This document shows, one piece after another, positions 20,401 to 29,900 of a stretch of DNA of 64,000 nt. A program made the translations under genes and the position numbers. Under the pieces are notes generated by a model, which was given only the letters and a program-made list of their open reading frames with translations, was not told the origin of the DNA and ran no database searches. Each line of letters starts with the position of its first letter. The stretch's first letter is position 1. Source of the stretch: Gemmatimonadota bacterium (GTDB lineage: Bacteria > Gemmatimonadota > Gemmatimonadetes > Palauibacterales > Palauibacteraceae); the NCBI GenBank assembly GCA_963666735.1, contig OY762926.1, positions 3,616,001 to 3,680,000 on the forward strand, given 5' to 3'.

Positions 20401-20639
20401 CCTTTGAGCTTCTTGGGCACCAGCCGTCCTGCGATACGCCGCCCCAGTTCGCGCCGACCCTCGTCTTCACCGGGATCGGGCAACAGCGTGGCCAGCAGCA
20501 TCGCCCGGCTCGCCGCCAGCGGCCTCCGCGCCGGCCAGATGTGAAGCGTGGAGATGTGACCGTGCCGCACATTCTTCTCGTGCACCGAATCCAGCGAAAT
20601 CTGCCGTAGCGGCAGCGTCGTCTCGGCTAGGCGTCTCAT
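17457..20639 (-). CDS. DUF1156 adenine-specific DNA methyltransferase
   Basis: LHIWPARRPL, motif I DPFAGGG, CxxC Zn ribbons, motif IV TDPPY; ATG 20639 overlaps upstream stop (TGATG). Confidence 0.9.
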   Translation of the reverse strand: MRRLAETTLPLRQISLDSVHEKNVRHGHISTLHIWPARRPLAASRAMLLATLLPDPGEDEGRRELGRRIAGRLVPKKLKGGAEDPKLKETAGGVLHWGRETDPELDRLREEIREAFGGRAPRVLDPFAGGGAIPLEAMRLGCKTFASDLNPVAWFILRCTLHYPKLVGREERALPEFALRDRHFATALVKSRGARTKVQIRNALAELGHRDGGDVQLSSSLLRDDANAKADFAWHVRAWSLRVLEGVRRQLATRYPAYAEFEPVRRRGRARASRAEPKPYKRREPRLLDPASDGRVSVDALNAGFDEAYLKDEANPRWVAKPVVAYLWARTTECGGCRAEIPLLKTRWLCKKTAPVKRVLLTLTKRADGRGVEFAVATDVPKGSGSVAQQRQHDQVLGAGTMSASGVECPNCAAVTRMAELRAQGRSGRLGARMTAVVVDGQTGKEYRHPTEQDIEAASIGKSELEALYSDFPFGMPNEPTAHEEALGMRVARYGFDSWDKLFTRRQLLALGTFGREIRAVATEMDGYPVEWREAFTAYLACAFSKLTDYSSAICSWHNSGEKLRQTFARFALPMVWDYCEVNPLSATTGGFKGMLDWVARWTDHALPAGSHAPSVEVETRSAIAAQPNGLDVICTDPPYYDAIPYSDLTDFFQVWLRRVLHGFSSATDAAFADPLGPKWESGASDGELIDDASRFEGDREASKNNYEDGMARAFRGFHEALGDDGRLVIVFANKSPDAWETLVSALIRAGFVVTGSWPIQTEMQTRQRALSSAALASSIWLVCRKRPMTATQGWEGPVLTEMREKITQRLRDFWDAGIRGPDFVWSATGPALEAFSRHPVVKRADRPGDVLTVADFLRHVRRMVVGFVVGQLLSQRNGSATELDDVTTYYLLHRNDFGLEVAPAGACILYALSCNLSDADLASRHNLLVRGGRASAPASDEEGEEAPQTSGSEVRLKGWNQRRGSRLGHPTPDGAPPALIDCVHKVMQLWKTGEQARVNSYLSDRGLWKHELFASVVQAIIELAEGGPEERALLESVQNHLRGGGPTETSTAREQGSLF

Positions 20640-21799
20640 CACGAGGCCTTTTGGTAGGTTGATTCGGCGTCGCTGGTCCAGCCTCGAACGGTATCCGCCG
20701 CCTCCTGCGGAGCGGCGACGATGTCTATCTCCTCTACAACTTTTTCTCCGTGACCGTACCCGCTCGCCACCCCTCGCCGCTCCACCCGCGTCCGCCGGCT
20801 CAGGATGCGCTTCGTTGGCCACGCCTCACGGATCGCTTGCTCGCACGTTTCGGCCGTACGCTCCTTCGCTCCGCAGCGGACCAGAACGACTCCGTCCTCT
20901 CGCAGATGCCTCTTGGCCCTTTGGAACACCGTTGTCATGAGCGAACGGTATTCCCGCAGGTTCGTGTGTTTCTGCGTGCGCCGCCAATTCTTCCGCAGCG
21001 GTTCGCCCAGAATCCAAAGACGTATCCAATGGTCGTTCCAATAATCCGTCACGTCATGGTACGGAGGCGAGGTGATCAACAGCTTCGCGCGACATGGCCC
21101 GAGCTGCGCGAGTTTGCGGCGTGCATCACCGAGGAACGGTTTGGACGGCGCCATCGCGGGGAGGCCGAAAGCGTATCTTCGTGCAATTCGATCCGTCAGG
21201 AACGCGACCGGGTCGGTCGCGGGCGGCGTCATTAGCCCTCGCGCGGTCCACCAGCGCACGGCATAGGACGCCGAGTGCGCGACGGTCGGCGAGAAACGGT
21301 TCGACAGCCCCTTCGGATAACTGTCCTGCATGTGCAGGGCCACGAACGCCATCAGCGTCCGGTCCACGCGGGAGCTTCGCCAGTCGAGCTCACGCCGGGC
21401 GGCCTTGAGGAATCCTCGGACGTCAGGTGCCCAAGCCATGGTCTCAAAACGGCTTCGGGATCGGCGGTCGACCGGGCGGACAGCTCTTCCGATCGCCCGG
21501 ACACGCGCCAATACGCGCTTGGGCTGCTGAGCCGGCAACAACTTCGCCGCCGTGAAGAGCCACGCCACCGGCTGAATATCCACCGCGACTGCGGGCCTGC
21601 CGAGGGCCGCCGCCACGAAGGGGGCGTTCCCGCGGCCCGAAAACGGGTCCAGAACCATGTCTCCTGGCGCGGTGAAGGTCGTGACCGCCCGGGTCACGAA
21701 GGGTGCCGGGAACATCGCATAGTATCTGCCCAAGCCGTACCAACGGTGCTCCGCCGTGTTCGCAGGCCATGGAAGGCGGGAGATGCCGTAGGTCTTCAT
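20639..21799 (-). CDS. Amino-DNA methyltransferase (SPPY, likely m4C)
   Basis: YYAMFP, motif I LDPFSGRG, motif IV LITSPPY. Confidence 0.85.
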   Translation of the reverse strand: MKTYGISRLPWPANTAEHRWYGLGRYYAMFPAPFVTRAVTTFTAPGDMVLDPFSGRGNAPFVAAALGRPAVAVDIQPVAWLFTAAKLLPAQQPKRVLARVRAIGRAVRPVDRRSRSRFETMAWAPDVRGFLKAARRELDWRSSRVDRTLMAFVALHMQDSYPKGLSNRFSPTVAHSASYAVRWWTARGLMTPPATDPVAFLTDRIARRYAFGLPAMAPSKPFLGDARRKLAQLGPCRAKLLITSPPYHDVTDYWNDHWIRLWILGEPLRKNWRRTQKHTNLREYRSLMTTVFQRAKRHLREDGVVLVRCGAKERTAETCEQAIREAWPTKRILSRRTRVERRGVASGYGHGEKVVEEIDIVAAPQEAADTVRGWTSDAESTYQKAS

Positions 21800-23094
21800 G
21801 ATATGCCGGCAAGGCTCTCGATGATGGCCGCGCCGGCCGCGAACGGAATCGCCGCCTTGGCGTGCGCGCGCCGAAGCGGGAGGAATTCGTGGCGGCCCAC
21901 GCCCAGCCGCGCGGCCGTGGCAATCGCTTCATCGCAAACCCTGGGTCTCGCCGCGTTGGTCAGCGGTCGGTCCGCCTCGGGTTGTGCCAGATTGAGTAGA
22001 AGCCTCTGTCCCTCGCTCGTCTTTACGACCAGCGGGCGACCGAAATACGTGATCTCACCCCAGGGTTGATCCGTGTCTCGAGCGATGATGTTCTCCCGGA
22101 TGTAGTCGTCGTCGGGAAGCCACGCGGTTCCCAAGGGAATGCGAGAGTCCGGCGCCGGAGCCTCGTCAAGCTCGGAGAAGTGCTGAACGAAGGCTCCCGT
22201 CTTGATGGCGGACATGACCAGGAGCCTCCCCGGCGACAGTCGCTCATCGATCCGCCGCAGTTCTCGAAGTACCCCCGGCTGGAGTGCCGCGATCGTGCTG
22301 AAAGCCGCCAGCGGCCCGTCGAGGACAAACGCGATCCGACGCAGCGCCCGTCGCCCGTTCTCGATCTTCACCAGTTCCCGCAGCAGGTTCATCAACGTCA
22401 GGATCTCAAGTGCTTCGCGAACTCGGCCGTGAGCGTCACCGCACGGCTGCTCATCGCTGAAGATTTCATGCGCTCGGAGCGCGTCCGACAACAACACGCT
22501 GGCACCGCATTCTTCGCAGTTGGATTCCATCGCCCCCTCGGGCGGAGTCAGGGGGCGTGAATGGCACCGCCGGTTGGGACACCGAATCGGTCGGGGATCT
22601 TCGAGCAGAGCATGAAGCGTGGCGGCCAGATTCTCTCCGCCGTAGTGCCCCTCTTCCAACGTCGTTTGCACTTCCTGTCGAAACCAATCCCGAGACGATT
22701 CTCCGTCCACCGACCTCGCGTTGCGTCCGGGGAGGGCCAACTGCAGCGTGCTGGCTTGCTCTGTTTCCCGGAGCTGCACGGGATCCGTTGCACCACTCGC
22801 AGGCAGTCGAGGCAAGGACTCCAAGCGCTCGACATCAATCCGGACAACCGCGATCGAAATCAGCCCGGCTTCGGTGCACGGAAGCCGCGCCGGAATCCGG
22901 TGGTAGATGCTCGAGCCGTCGAGAGCGACGACGATTGGGCGCGGCTCTCCATCCCGAAATGACGCGAACGGCGGTAGTGGCTTTGGCGGGACGTTCACAC
23001 CGCGCTGGAGCCGAGCGCCGAACGCGTCGATGATGCGCCGTCGTTCGAGGTCCTCCAACGCCGAGAATCCGGCGCGCTCATTCGGGTAGGGCAT
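21796..23094 (-). CDS. NurA-like nuclease with Zn-ribbon insert
   Basis: VVALDGS, FVLDGPL, IKTG, C-terminal PLRRAH; CPNRRC...CEEC insert; directly downstream of HerA. Confidence 0.72.
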   Translation of the reverse strand: MPYPNERAGFSALEDLERRRIIDAFGARLQRGVNVPPKPLPPFASFRDGEPRPIVVALDGSSIYHRIPARLPCTEAGLISIAVVRIDVERLESLPRLPASGATDPVQLRETEQASTLQLALPGRNARSVDGESSRDWFRQEVQTTLEEGHYGGENLAATLHALLEDPRPIRCPNRRCHSRPLTPPEGAMESNCEECGASVLLSDALRAHEIFSDEQPCGDAHGRVREALEILTLMNLLRELVKIENGRRALRRIAFVLDGPLAAFSTIAALQPGVLRELRRIDERLSPGRLLVMSAIKTGAFVQHFSELDEAPAPDSRIPLGTAWLPDDDYIRENIIARDTDQPWGEITYFGRPLVVKTSEGQRLLLNLAQPEADRPLTNAARPRVCDEAIATAARLGVGRHEFLPLRRAHAKAAIPFAAGAAIIESLAGIS

Positions 23095-23099
23095 TCGCG

Positions 23100-25232
23100 C
23101 TACTCCGCCTCGGTTGTGTCGGGTGGATCCGGCAAGCGAAACCGATCAAGCTGGACCGGCACCGTGTATCCGGCAGAGAGCGTTCGCAGCCTGATGAAGC
23201 CGGGTTGGGAGACTTGCCGAATCTGCGGCACGAAATCGGCAAAATCCTGATAGCCCTCGACGACCCTGGCTTCACCGTCGGAATTGAGATGGGAGATGAA
23301 CCAGTTGTCGGTCTCGCTCAGAATCTCGGGCAGCACGGAACTCGGCGCCTGCGTGGCCAAGACCATCCCGAGGTTCATCTTTCCTCCCTCCTTGGCGGCC
23401 CGCGCCCACACCGTGGAAAGCACGTCCTTGCCGCCGGTACGCGGTAGCAGGTTGTGCGCCTCCTCGACGTACACGAGGACGTGACCCTCCCACGGCTCGG
23501 CGTTCGCGTGCGATGTGAACATCGCCTGCTGCTCCCTGAACACCTTCCACATGATCCGCTCCGCCGCCCGCCGGTTGAGTTCGGGGCTTCCGATCGACTG
23601 ATCGAAGATCACGAGTTTCCCGGCCTTGAGGTCCTTCACGATGTCCTCCGCGAAATCCGAGCCCGCTTCCACCGAATGCTGATCTCGCAGGCGTTGCAGC
23701 TTTCGAACTCCGTTCGGTGTGCGGAAGATGCTCAGAACGGACTTGAGCCGCGCATCCGCCCAGTCCTCTCCGCTCCCGCTCGGACGCTGTCGGTACTGCC
23801 GCTCAAAGGCTTCGTAGGCATCGTCGCCTCGATTGATGAAGGAATCGAGCGATTGGAATGCGCTGGCGAGACTGGACCATGAGGCGCTATCCCTCGCAAG
23901 TGTGTCGGCGGCTTGCTCGAACCTGCCCCCTGCGGAGCGAAGCGCGGCGCAAAAATCTCGACTGAACAGTCGCCTAAGATCTGCGGTCGGCCTGGGAGTG
24001 CTAAACCCGGCGGCCGCCAGCGCGACGCGGTGCACCAGCACGGAGCGATGATAGCGGACGGCGGGGCCGCGGTCGGCGTAGTTCGGCGGGACGGACAGGT
24101 CGGCGTCGCGGTAATTCCGCACATACTGCGCATCCTCAGACCCCAACTCCTCCTCGATGATGGTTCTGCCGACGAGGAGCTGCTCCAGCGCTGTCTCTGT
24201 TGCCTCCCGGTTGGGCGGGTCGTTGGGCGGAATTGGGTTGCCGAAGAAGTTGACCTTCGTGATGCGGCGCTCGGTGTCGGTTTCGGGAACGTACATGCCG
24301 TACGTCTCGATCTCGCCGCTCCGCTCGCGACCGAGAAGGTCGTGGATGCGGTGCAGTCCCCGTCCGTCCTGCGGATTGTCTTGCGCGTACTCGCCGTTCG
24401 GATCGAAAACGAGCTGGCCAACACGGAGCTTTTCGTGCTTTCCGCGCAGCATGTAAACGGCCTGCGCAGTGATCTTCATGGCGTTCGACTTCCCCGACCG
24501 GGACATCCCGAGGAACACCGTACGACGCTTGAGGAGGTCGGTCGGGTCGATCCGCACCAGCACTTGAGCCGATCGCTCGGCGGCCGAGTCGAGAGCGGAG
24601 GAAAAGCGTGTAAGGGCTATGCGTATCCGACGGTCCGAGTGGAGCGACGAATCAAGCTCCGAGAAGTCGAGGTTGTTGCTTCGATGCGAGAGGTTGACGA
24701 TGCGCTCCAGCAGCTCTCCCTCGGGCTTCCAAGCATACGCGCCATGAGCGGAATAGTAGTTGGAGATGTCCTCCGCGAACTGCAGTTCTTCGGCTGCGCG
24801 AATCGTGAGCGTACCGAGAACCCGAGCTTCGATACCTCCGAGCGCTATCTCATCGGCGATCCATTTTGTGAGGCTCTCCGTCCAAAGCTCACGCCCGATC
24901 GAGTCGCGGGCGGCGGTCAACCGAGCCTCCTGAGTCGTCGGGTGGTTGGCGAGCCGCTTCGCTCCAACGACCCGCATCAAGACCATCGCGGCATCATCTT
25001 TCGCGGAAGTCTTGCCCGCGATCAGGAACATCCCGCGCGCGAGGCCTCCGGCACGCTCCTTGTGGTAGTCGTGGACAGCCAAGGTCGCCGTGTTGTAGTC
25101 CAACAACAGCACCTGACCGACGGCTGCGCCGGGCGTGAGGTCTTGGAGCAGTCGGATGTCCCCGTGTTCGGCGGCGAGCTCCCCGACCACATCCTCCCCC
25201 GGCGCCGGTCCGCCTGATTCGTTATCGGGCAT
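23100..25232 (-). CDS. HerA/FtsK-superfamily ATPase (DUF87)
   Basis: HAS-barrel-like N-terminus, Walker A GMSRSGKS, VFDPNGEY, Walker B VYVEEAHN, LATQAPS. Confidence 0.85.
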   Translation of the reverse strand: MPDNESGGPAPGEDVVGELAAEHGDIRLLQDLTPGAAVGQVLLLDYNTATLAVHDYHKERAGGLARGMFLIAGKTSAKDDAAMVLMRVVGAKRLANHPTTQEARLTAARDSIGRELWTESLTKWIADEIALGGIEARVLGTLTIRAAEELQFAEDISNYYSAHGAYAWKPEGELLERIVNLSHRSNNLDFSELDSSLHSDRRIRIALTRFSSALDSAAERSAQVLVRIDPTDLLKRRTVFLGMSRSGKSNAMKITAQAVYMLRGKHEKLRVGQLVFDPNGEYAQDNPQDGRGLHRIHDLLGRERSGEIETYGMYVPETDTERRITKVNFFGNPIPPNDPPNREATETALEQLLVGRTIIEEELGSEDAQYVRNYRDADLSVPPNYADRGPAVRYHRSVLVHRVALAAAGFSTPRPTADLRRLFSRDFCAALRSAGGRFEQAADTLARDSASWSSLASAFQSLDSFINRGDDAYEAFERQYRQRPSGSGEDWADARLKSVLSIFRTPNGVRKLQRLRDQHSVEAGSDFAEDIVKDLKAGKLVIFDQSIGSPELNRRAAERIMWKVFREQQAMFTSHANAEPWEGHVLVYVEEAHNLLPRTGGKDVLSTVWARAAKEGGKMNLGMVLATQAPSSVLPEILSETDNWFISHLNSDGEARVVEGYQDFADFVPQIRQVSQPGFIRLRTLSAGYTVPVQLDRFRLPDPPDTTEAE

Positions 25233-25346
25233 AAAAGCTTGTCCTCCCCGTCGTTGCTGGTGTTGTTGATATGCTCCCGGAAGGTGCCCCGCCCAAGCTT
25301 CCGAGCCGTTGGAGACTAATCGAGTTTCCGGGAACGCGTTCTTCAG

Positions 25347-26447
25347 TCACGCGGCGTGCGCCTCGATGTGTGAGCGGATCGTATCGCCGATGGCGGTCGC
25401 CAAGCCAACCGGAACGGCGTTGCCGACGTGGCGTCCGACGCGGGCGAACCGAACGGGGTCGCCGGGGGCGGTGAACTGGTAGCTCCGGGGGAAGCTCTGG
25501 AGCAGCGCCGCCTCACGAAGGGAGATCGCGCGGTCCTGAACGGGATGGCCGAAGCGCCCCCGCCCAAACGAGAAACACCCCGTCGTCAGGGTCGGAGCGG
25601 GTTTGTCCCACTCCATCCGGCCGTACACGTTCTTGTAGCTCGCGCCGCCGCGCCGACGATGGCACGGAGAAACGAGATCCGGGTCATCCCATTCGGACCA
25701 CGGCCTCCCGGGCTTGGCCGCGCGGATGCGCCGGAGGTTCAGCAGCGAAAGTCGAGACGCGCAGTGTAGTTGATCGTGGGGACACACCTCACCCGCGTCG
25801 AGCGCGGGCAGGTGACCTATGGCGTGCCGAACCGTGCGGCGTGGACCGGGGGACGGAGCGGGAACGGCGATGGGGCCGAGCCTCGAGGCCAGCACGACAA
25901 GTCGGCTGCGGTCCTGCGGTACGCCGTAGTCCGCAGCGTTGACGACCTTGTCAGCCGCTTGGTAGCCCGCCCGCCCGAGCCGCTCAAGGAAGCGGTCGAA
26001 TACCCTTCGCCCTTGGAACGACTTGAGTCGGGGGACGTTCTCCATCGAAACGATCTCGGGCTCGAGCGCTACGACCCGATCCATGAAGAGATCCACGAGC
26101 GACCACTTGTCGCGGGGCTGACCAGAGCCCGCGCTGTAGGGAGAAAACGGCGTACAAGGCGCGCAGCCCACGAGGATGCGCCGGCAGCCCTTGGGGAACA
26201 TCGCACCTATCTCTGCGACCGACACTTCCTCCAGCCGTCGGCCCACGAAGGCCGCATCGTTGTTCGCCTCGAACGCGTACCGGCACTTCTCGTCGGCGTC
26301 GACGCCCGCCACGACGTTGAACCCCGAGCGACGGAGCCCGTGGCTCAGTCCTCCGATCCCGCAAAAGAGATCGATCACCGCCCAGCCGGGGATACCTTCG
26401 ACGGTGGCACCTACCTCATCCGCCTCCGGCCGCTCCCGATCCGGCAT
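25347..26447 (-). CDS. DNA (cytosine-5)-methyltransferase
   Basis: DLFCGIGG, GCAPC, MENV, YGVPQDRSR, YGRMEW, GNAVP. Confidence 0.93.
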   Translation of the reverse strand: MPDRERPEADEVGATVEGIPGWAVIDLFCGIGGLSHGLRRSGFNVVAGVDADEKCRYAFEANNDAAFVGRRLEEVSVAEIGAMFPKGCRRILVGCAPCTPFSPYSAGSGQPRDKWSLVDLFMDRVVALEPEIVSMENVPRLKSFQGRRVFDRFLERLGRAGYQAADKVVNAADYGVPQDRSRLVVLASRLGPIAVPAPSPGPRRTVRHAIGHLPALDAGEVCPHDQLHCASRLSLLNLRRIRAAKPGRPWSEWDDPDLVSPCHRRRGGASYKNVYGRMEWDKPAPTLTTGCFSFGRGRFGHPVQDRAISLREAALLQSFPRSYQFTAPGDPVRFARVGRHVGNAVPVGLATAIGDTIRSHIEAHAA

Positions 26448-26695
26448 CAATCGGTCCGCTTTACGGGCGTGTCCGCGAGGTTCATGCTCGTGATCCTGTC
26501 TCCCACTCACTGCCATAGCTGGTCGATGTCCGCACAGACCTCCGCCAGTCGCCAACGCCAATCGTCGAAAAATGAAGCATCGTATCTTGCCCTATCATCT
26601 TCCGTCATGTGTTGTTCTCCATCCACGGTAGCGACTTTCCAGTGCCGAGAGATCCGGGCGACCCCCGTGTTGGTTACGTCCGTCCAATTCTCAAA

Positions 26696-26905
26696 CTAGG
26701 CCGGCGGGTGTGATCGCCGGACGGCGGCGGCGCGCTCCGGGGCGTGGTCACGGGCTCGGATCCGCACAGCCAAGACGTTCTCATCGGACGGCTCGCCATC
26801 CGGGATCCTTCCAGGGTTTGCCTCCACGGTGCTCCTCCAGGGAGTTGCGTGTGAGAGCGCCGCTTTTCCCGCACCGTTCGGGCCCACGATGATGATGATT
26901 CTCAT
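26696..26905 (-). pseudogene. Truncated P-loop kinase/zeta-toxin-like remnant
   Basis: MRIIIIVGPNGAGK then loss of recognisable sequence; ATGA-coupled to the helicase stop. Confidence 0.5.
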
Positions 26906-29900
26906 GCGGAGACCTCTGCCGCTCTCATCACTTCGCCGACGGCAATGCTCCAGCGGCTCGTGATCGTTGCGACCAGGCGGTTGAAGGGGTCTTGGATGCA
27001 TACAAGCTGCGGGTTGGGTGTCGCGCAGTCGTAGACCACGTACAGCCAGAACTCGTCGCCGAGGTGGCAGGCCGCCCTCCACTCGTTGTCCTCCATGCGG
27101 ATCTCGGCTCGGCCGGCGCGGCCCTTGACCTCGATGTGCCGCTTGCTGCCGTCGGGCCGGGTCGCGAGCAGGTCGAAGCCGGGGTAGTCGCCGAGGCCCG
27201 CCGTCCGCGCCCCGCTCGGTCGCGAGACATCCACCACCGTCGCCCCTTGTGCGCGCTCCCACTCTGAGGCGATGCGCATGGCCGTCTCCTCCACGTGCGC
27301 GTCAAAAGCCTCGACCTCCTCGCCGCCGCGGGGCGGGAGGGTGATCGCCAGCGCGCGGAAGCGAGGCTCCGCGGGAACGATGCGCCGCGCCGCCGCCTCC
27401 AGTTCCTCGACGGCGGCCAAGCGCTCCAGACGGAGGTTGGCCTGGTCCCGCTTCACTGCCTCCAGCTCTTCCGGGTCTGCGTCGGGGTCGCGCGACAGCG
27501 CCGAGCGACGACTGGCGGCCTCCGCCGCTCGCAGGTTGAGGTTCAGGGTGATCCGTGCCCGGCGTTCGGGAATCGCATCCCGAACCAACTCCCGTCGAGC
27601 CTCGGCCACGCGCTGCGCCTCCTCATGCAGATGCACGTTGGTTGCCGCGCGCAGCGTGACGGCCTTGTTCGCGAGGGGGACCGTGCCGGGGGGCACATGC
27701 CGGGCCTCTTGGAGAAACGAGAGGTATTCAAGGGGCAACGGCGCGATCCGACCGTCCTCCCCTTGTCGGAGACAGACAAGGCGCTTCTCGAGCGTGCGGT
27801 CCGCGGGGGCGCTGGGGGCGGTCTCGTCCTCCGCCTCCTCCAGCACAGCCAATTCGCCCAGGTGGACAAGGTAGGGTTCCTCGGCCCGCGGATCGATGAA
27901 GATCGCGCCCCGCTGGGCGTCTCTCTCGCACGTCGCAAGGACGCGAGCACACAGGGCGTCGAACACGGGTTCGCCGGGGTGGAGCCAGATGCAGGGCTCG
28001 TCGCCCTCCGGACGCCTCACGCGCAGCCGATCTCTGGCCTCGGGCGGATAGGCTTCCAGCGCGGGAAGCAGCGGATCCAATGCGCTCCCGCGGGCCGGAA
28101 CGAATGCAAACACATCGTTCAGGTCTCCGTGAAGGTTGAGTCCCAGCAGCGGCGCCGACAGTTCCACGAACCGCAACACCCATGCGGGAAGCAGATGCAG
28201 GTAGCGCTCGCTCTCGATCTCGCCGCGCAGGGTGTCCAGGCGGCGGGCCACATCGCCGCCTGGACCGTAGTGGCGCGCGTCGTGCTCTCCGATCTCGCGT
28301 ACCGCATCGCTTCCGAGTTGGGACATTCGATCGCGCGCTCGCCGCTCGCCCTGGTCGGTCAGGGTGTCCTGCATGTATTCGAGCAGCGACCGGTTCTCGA
28401 ACAGCCGCCCGATCACGTCGAACACCTTGTCCGATTGCAGCTCACGGCGGATCGCGTCCAGTCTCTCCAGCAGCACCTTGAGGACACGTCCCTCTCGCGT
28501 GTCGGTGGACACGAGGTTGAAGATGCGGACGTCGTGCTCCTGTCCGTAGCGGTGAATGCGACCCATGCGCTGTTCGAGCCGGGCAGGGTTCCACGGGACG
28601 TCGTAGTTCACCATCAGCCGGCAGAACTGGAGGTTGATACCCTCCCCGGCGGCGTCGGTCGCGACCAGGAAGCGAGCACCGGAGGGATCGCGAAAGCGCT
28701 CCACGGCCTCCTCGCGTTCGGGCCAAGCCATGCCGCCGTGGATCGTGGCCACCCGCCCCGCGTGCCCCAGCGCCTCCAGCCGCCTGACGAGGTAATCGGC
28801 GGTGTCGCGGTGCTCGCTGAACACGAGCCACTTCTTCTCCGTGTGCTCGGGGCTCTCCAGCAGCTCGCGGAGCCGCTCGAACTTCGACTCCCGGCCCGAG
28901 TCTATGAGATGGTGCGCGCGGTCCCTGAGATCGCGCAGCGTCTCGATTTCCTCCCGCAACTCCTCGACCGTGACCGCGACGACCGCCCCGAGCACCGCAT
29001 CCTCGTAGTCCTCGTTGCCTTCTCGCCGCCGGTCGTCGTTCTGATCGTCGGCCGAGTCGAATTCCTCGAAGAAATCCGCCCGGAATTTCCCGTCGAGGCG
29101 CGTCTGGCGGCGGCCGAGAGCGGCCGCGTCGATGCGCCCGGCTTCAAGATCGGCGACCAACGCCTCGACCTTCCGGATACGGCGCTCCAGCGACGTGAAC
29201 AGCGCCCACGTCGAACTGGCCAGCCGTCGCTGGAACACGCCCATGGCGAGCTTGACCGCCTGCCGGTTCTCCATCGCCCGGCCGTACGAGCGGCGGAGAT
29301 ACTCCGTGGTGCGGTCGTACAGCGCCCGCTCGCCGTCCGGTCCCTCCGTGAGGTCGTAACCGAACGTGTCGCAGCGGCGGTCGCGGAAGATTGGCTGGCC
29401 GTCGAAACCCAGCATCTCCTCCTTGGTGCGGCGAATGAAGTGGCGCGAGCGATCGTCGGGCGGGAAGCGCCGCCACGCCTCCTCCGTTCCGAACACCCGG
29501 TGATCCAGCAGCCGCCACAGGTGATGGTACGGAGAATCCTTGCCCATGTGGGGCGTGGCCGTCAGGAGCAGGAGATGATGCGCCGACCACTTGAGGGACG
29601 ACCAGTCGGGCTCCGTCGAGCCGCCTCGGTGTCCGTTCCCCCGCGGGGTGCGCACCCGGCCCGGCGTACCGGACGAACACCCCGCCAGCGCCTCGGCAAG
29701 CTTGTAGCGTTGGGTCTTGCGGGTTCTCGCGCCTTCGCTCGTGGCGCTCAGCTTGTGCGCCTCGTCAAAGACCACGAGGTCGTAGGGTGCCGTCCCCGGA
29801 TCGGCCAACCTCGAAAAGGCTGTGTTACCGCGCAGCGTGTCCAGCGAAACGATGACCCGGTCGCTCCCGGAGCCGGCGAACGGATTACCCGCCCGCGCAT

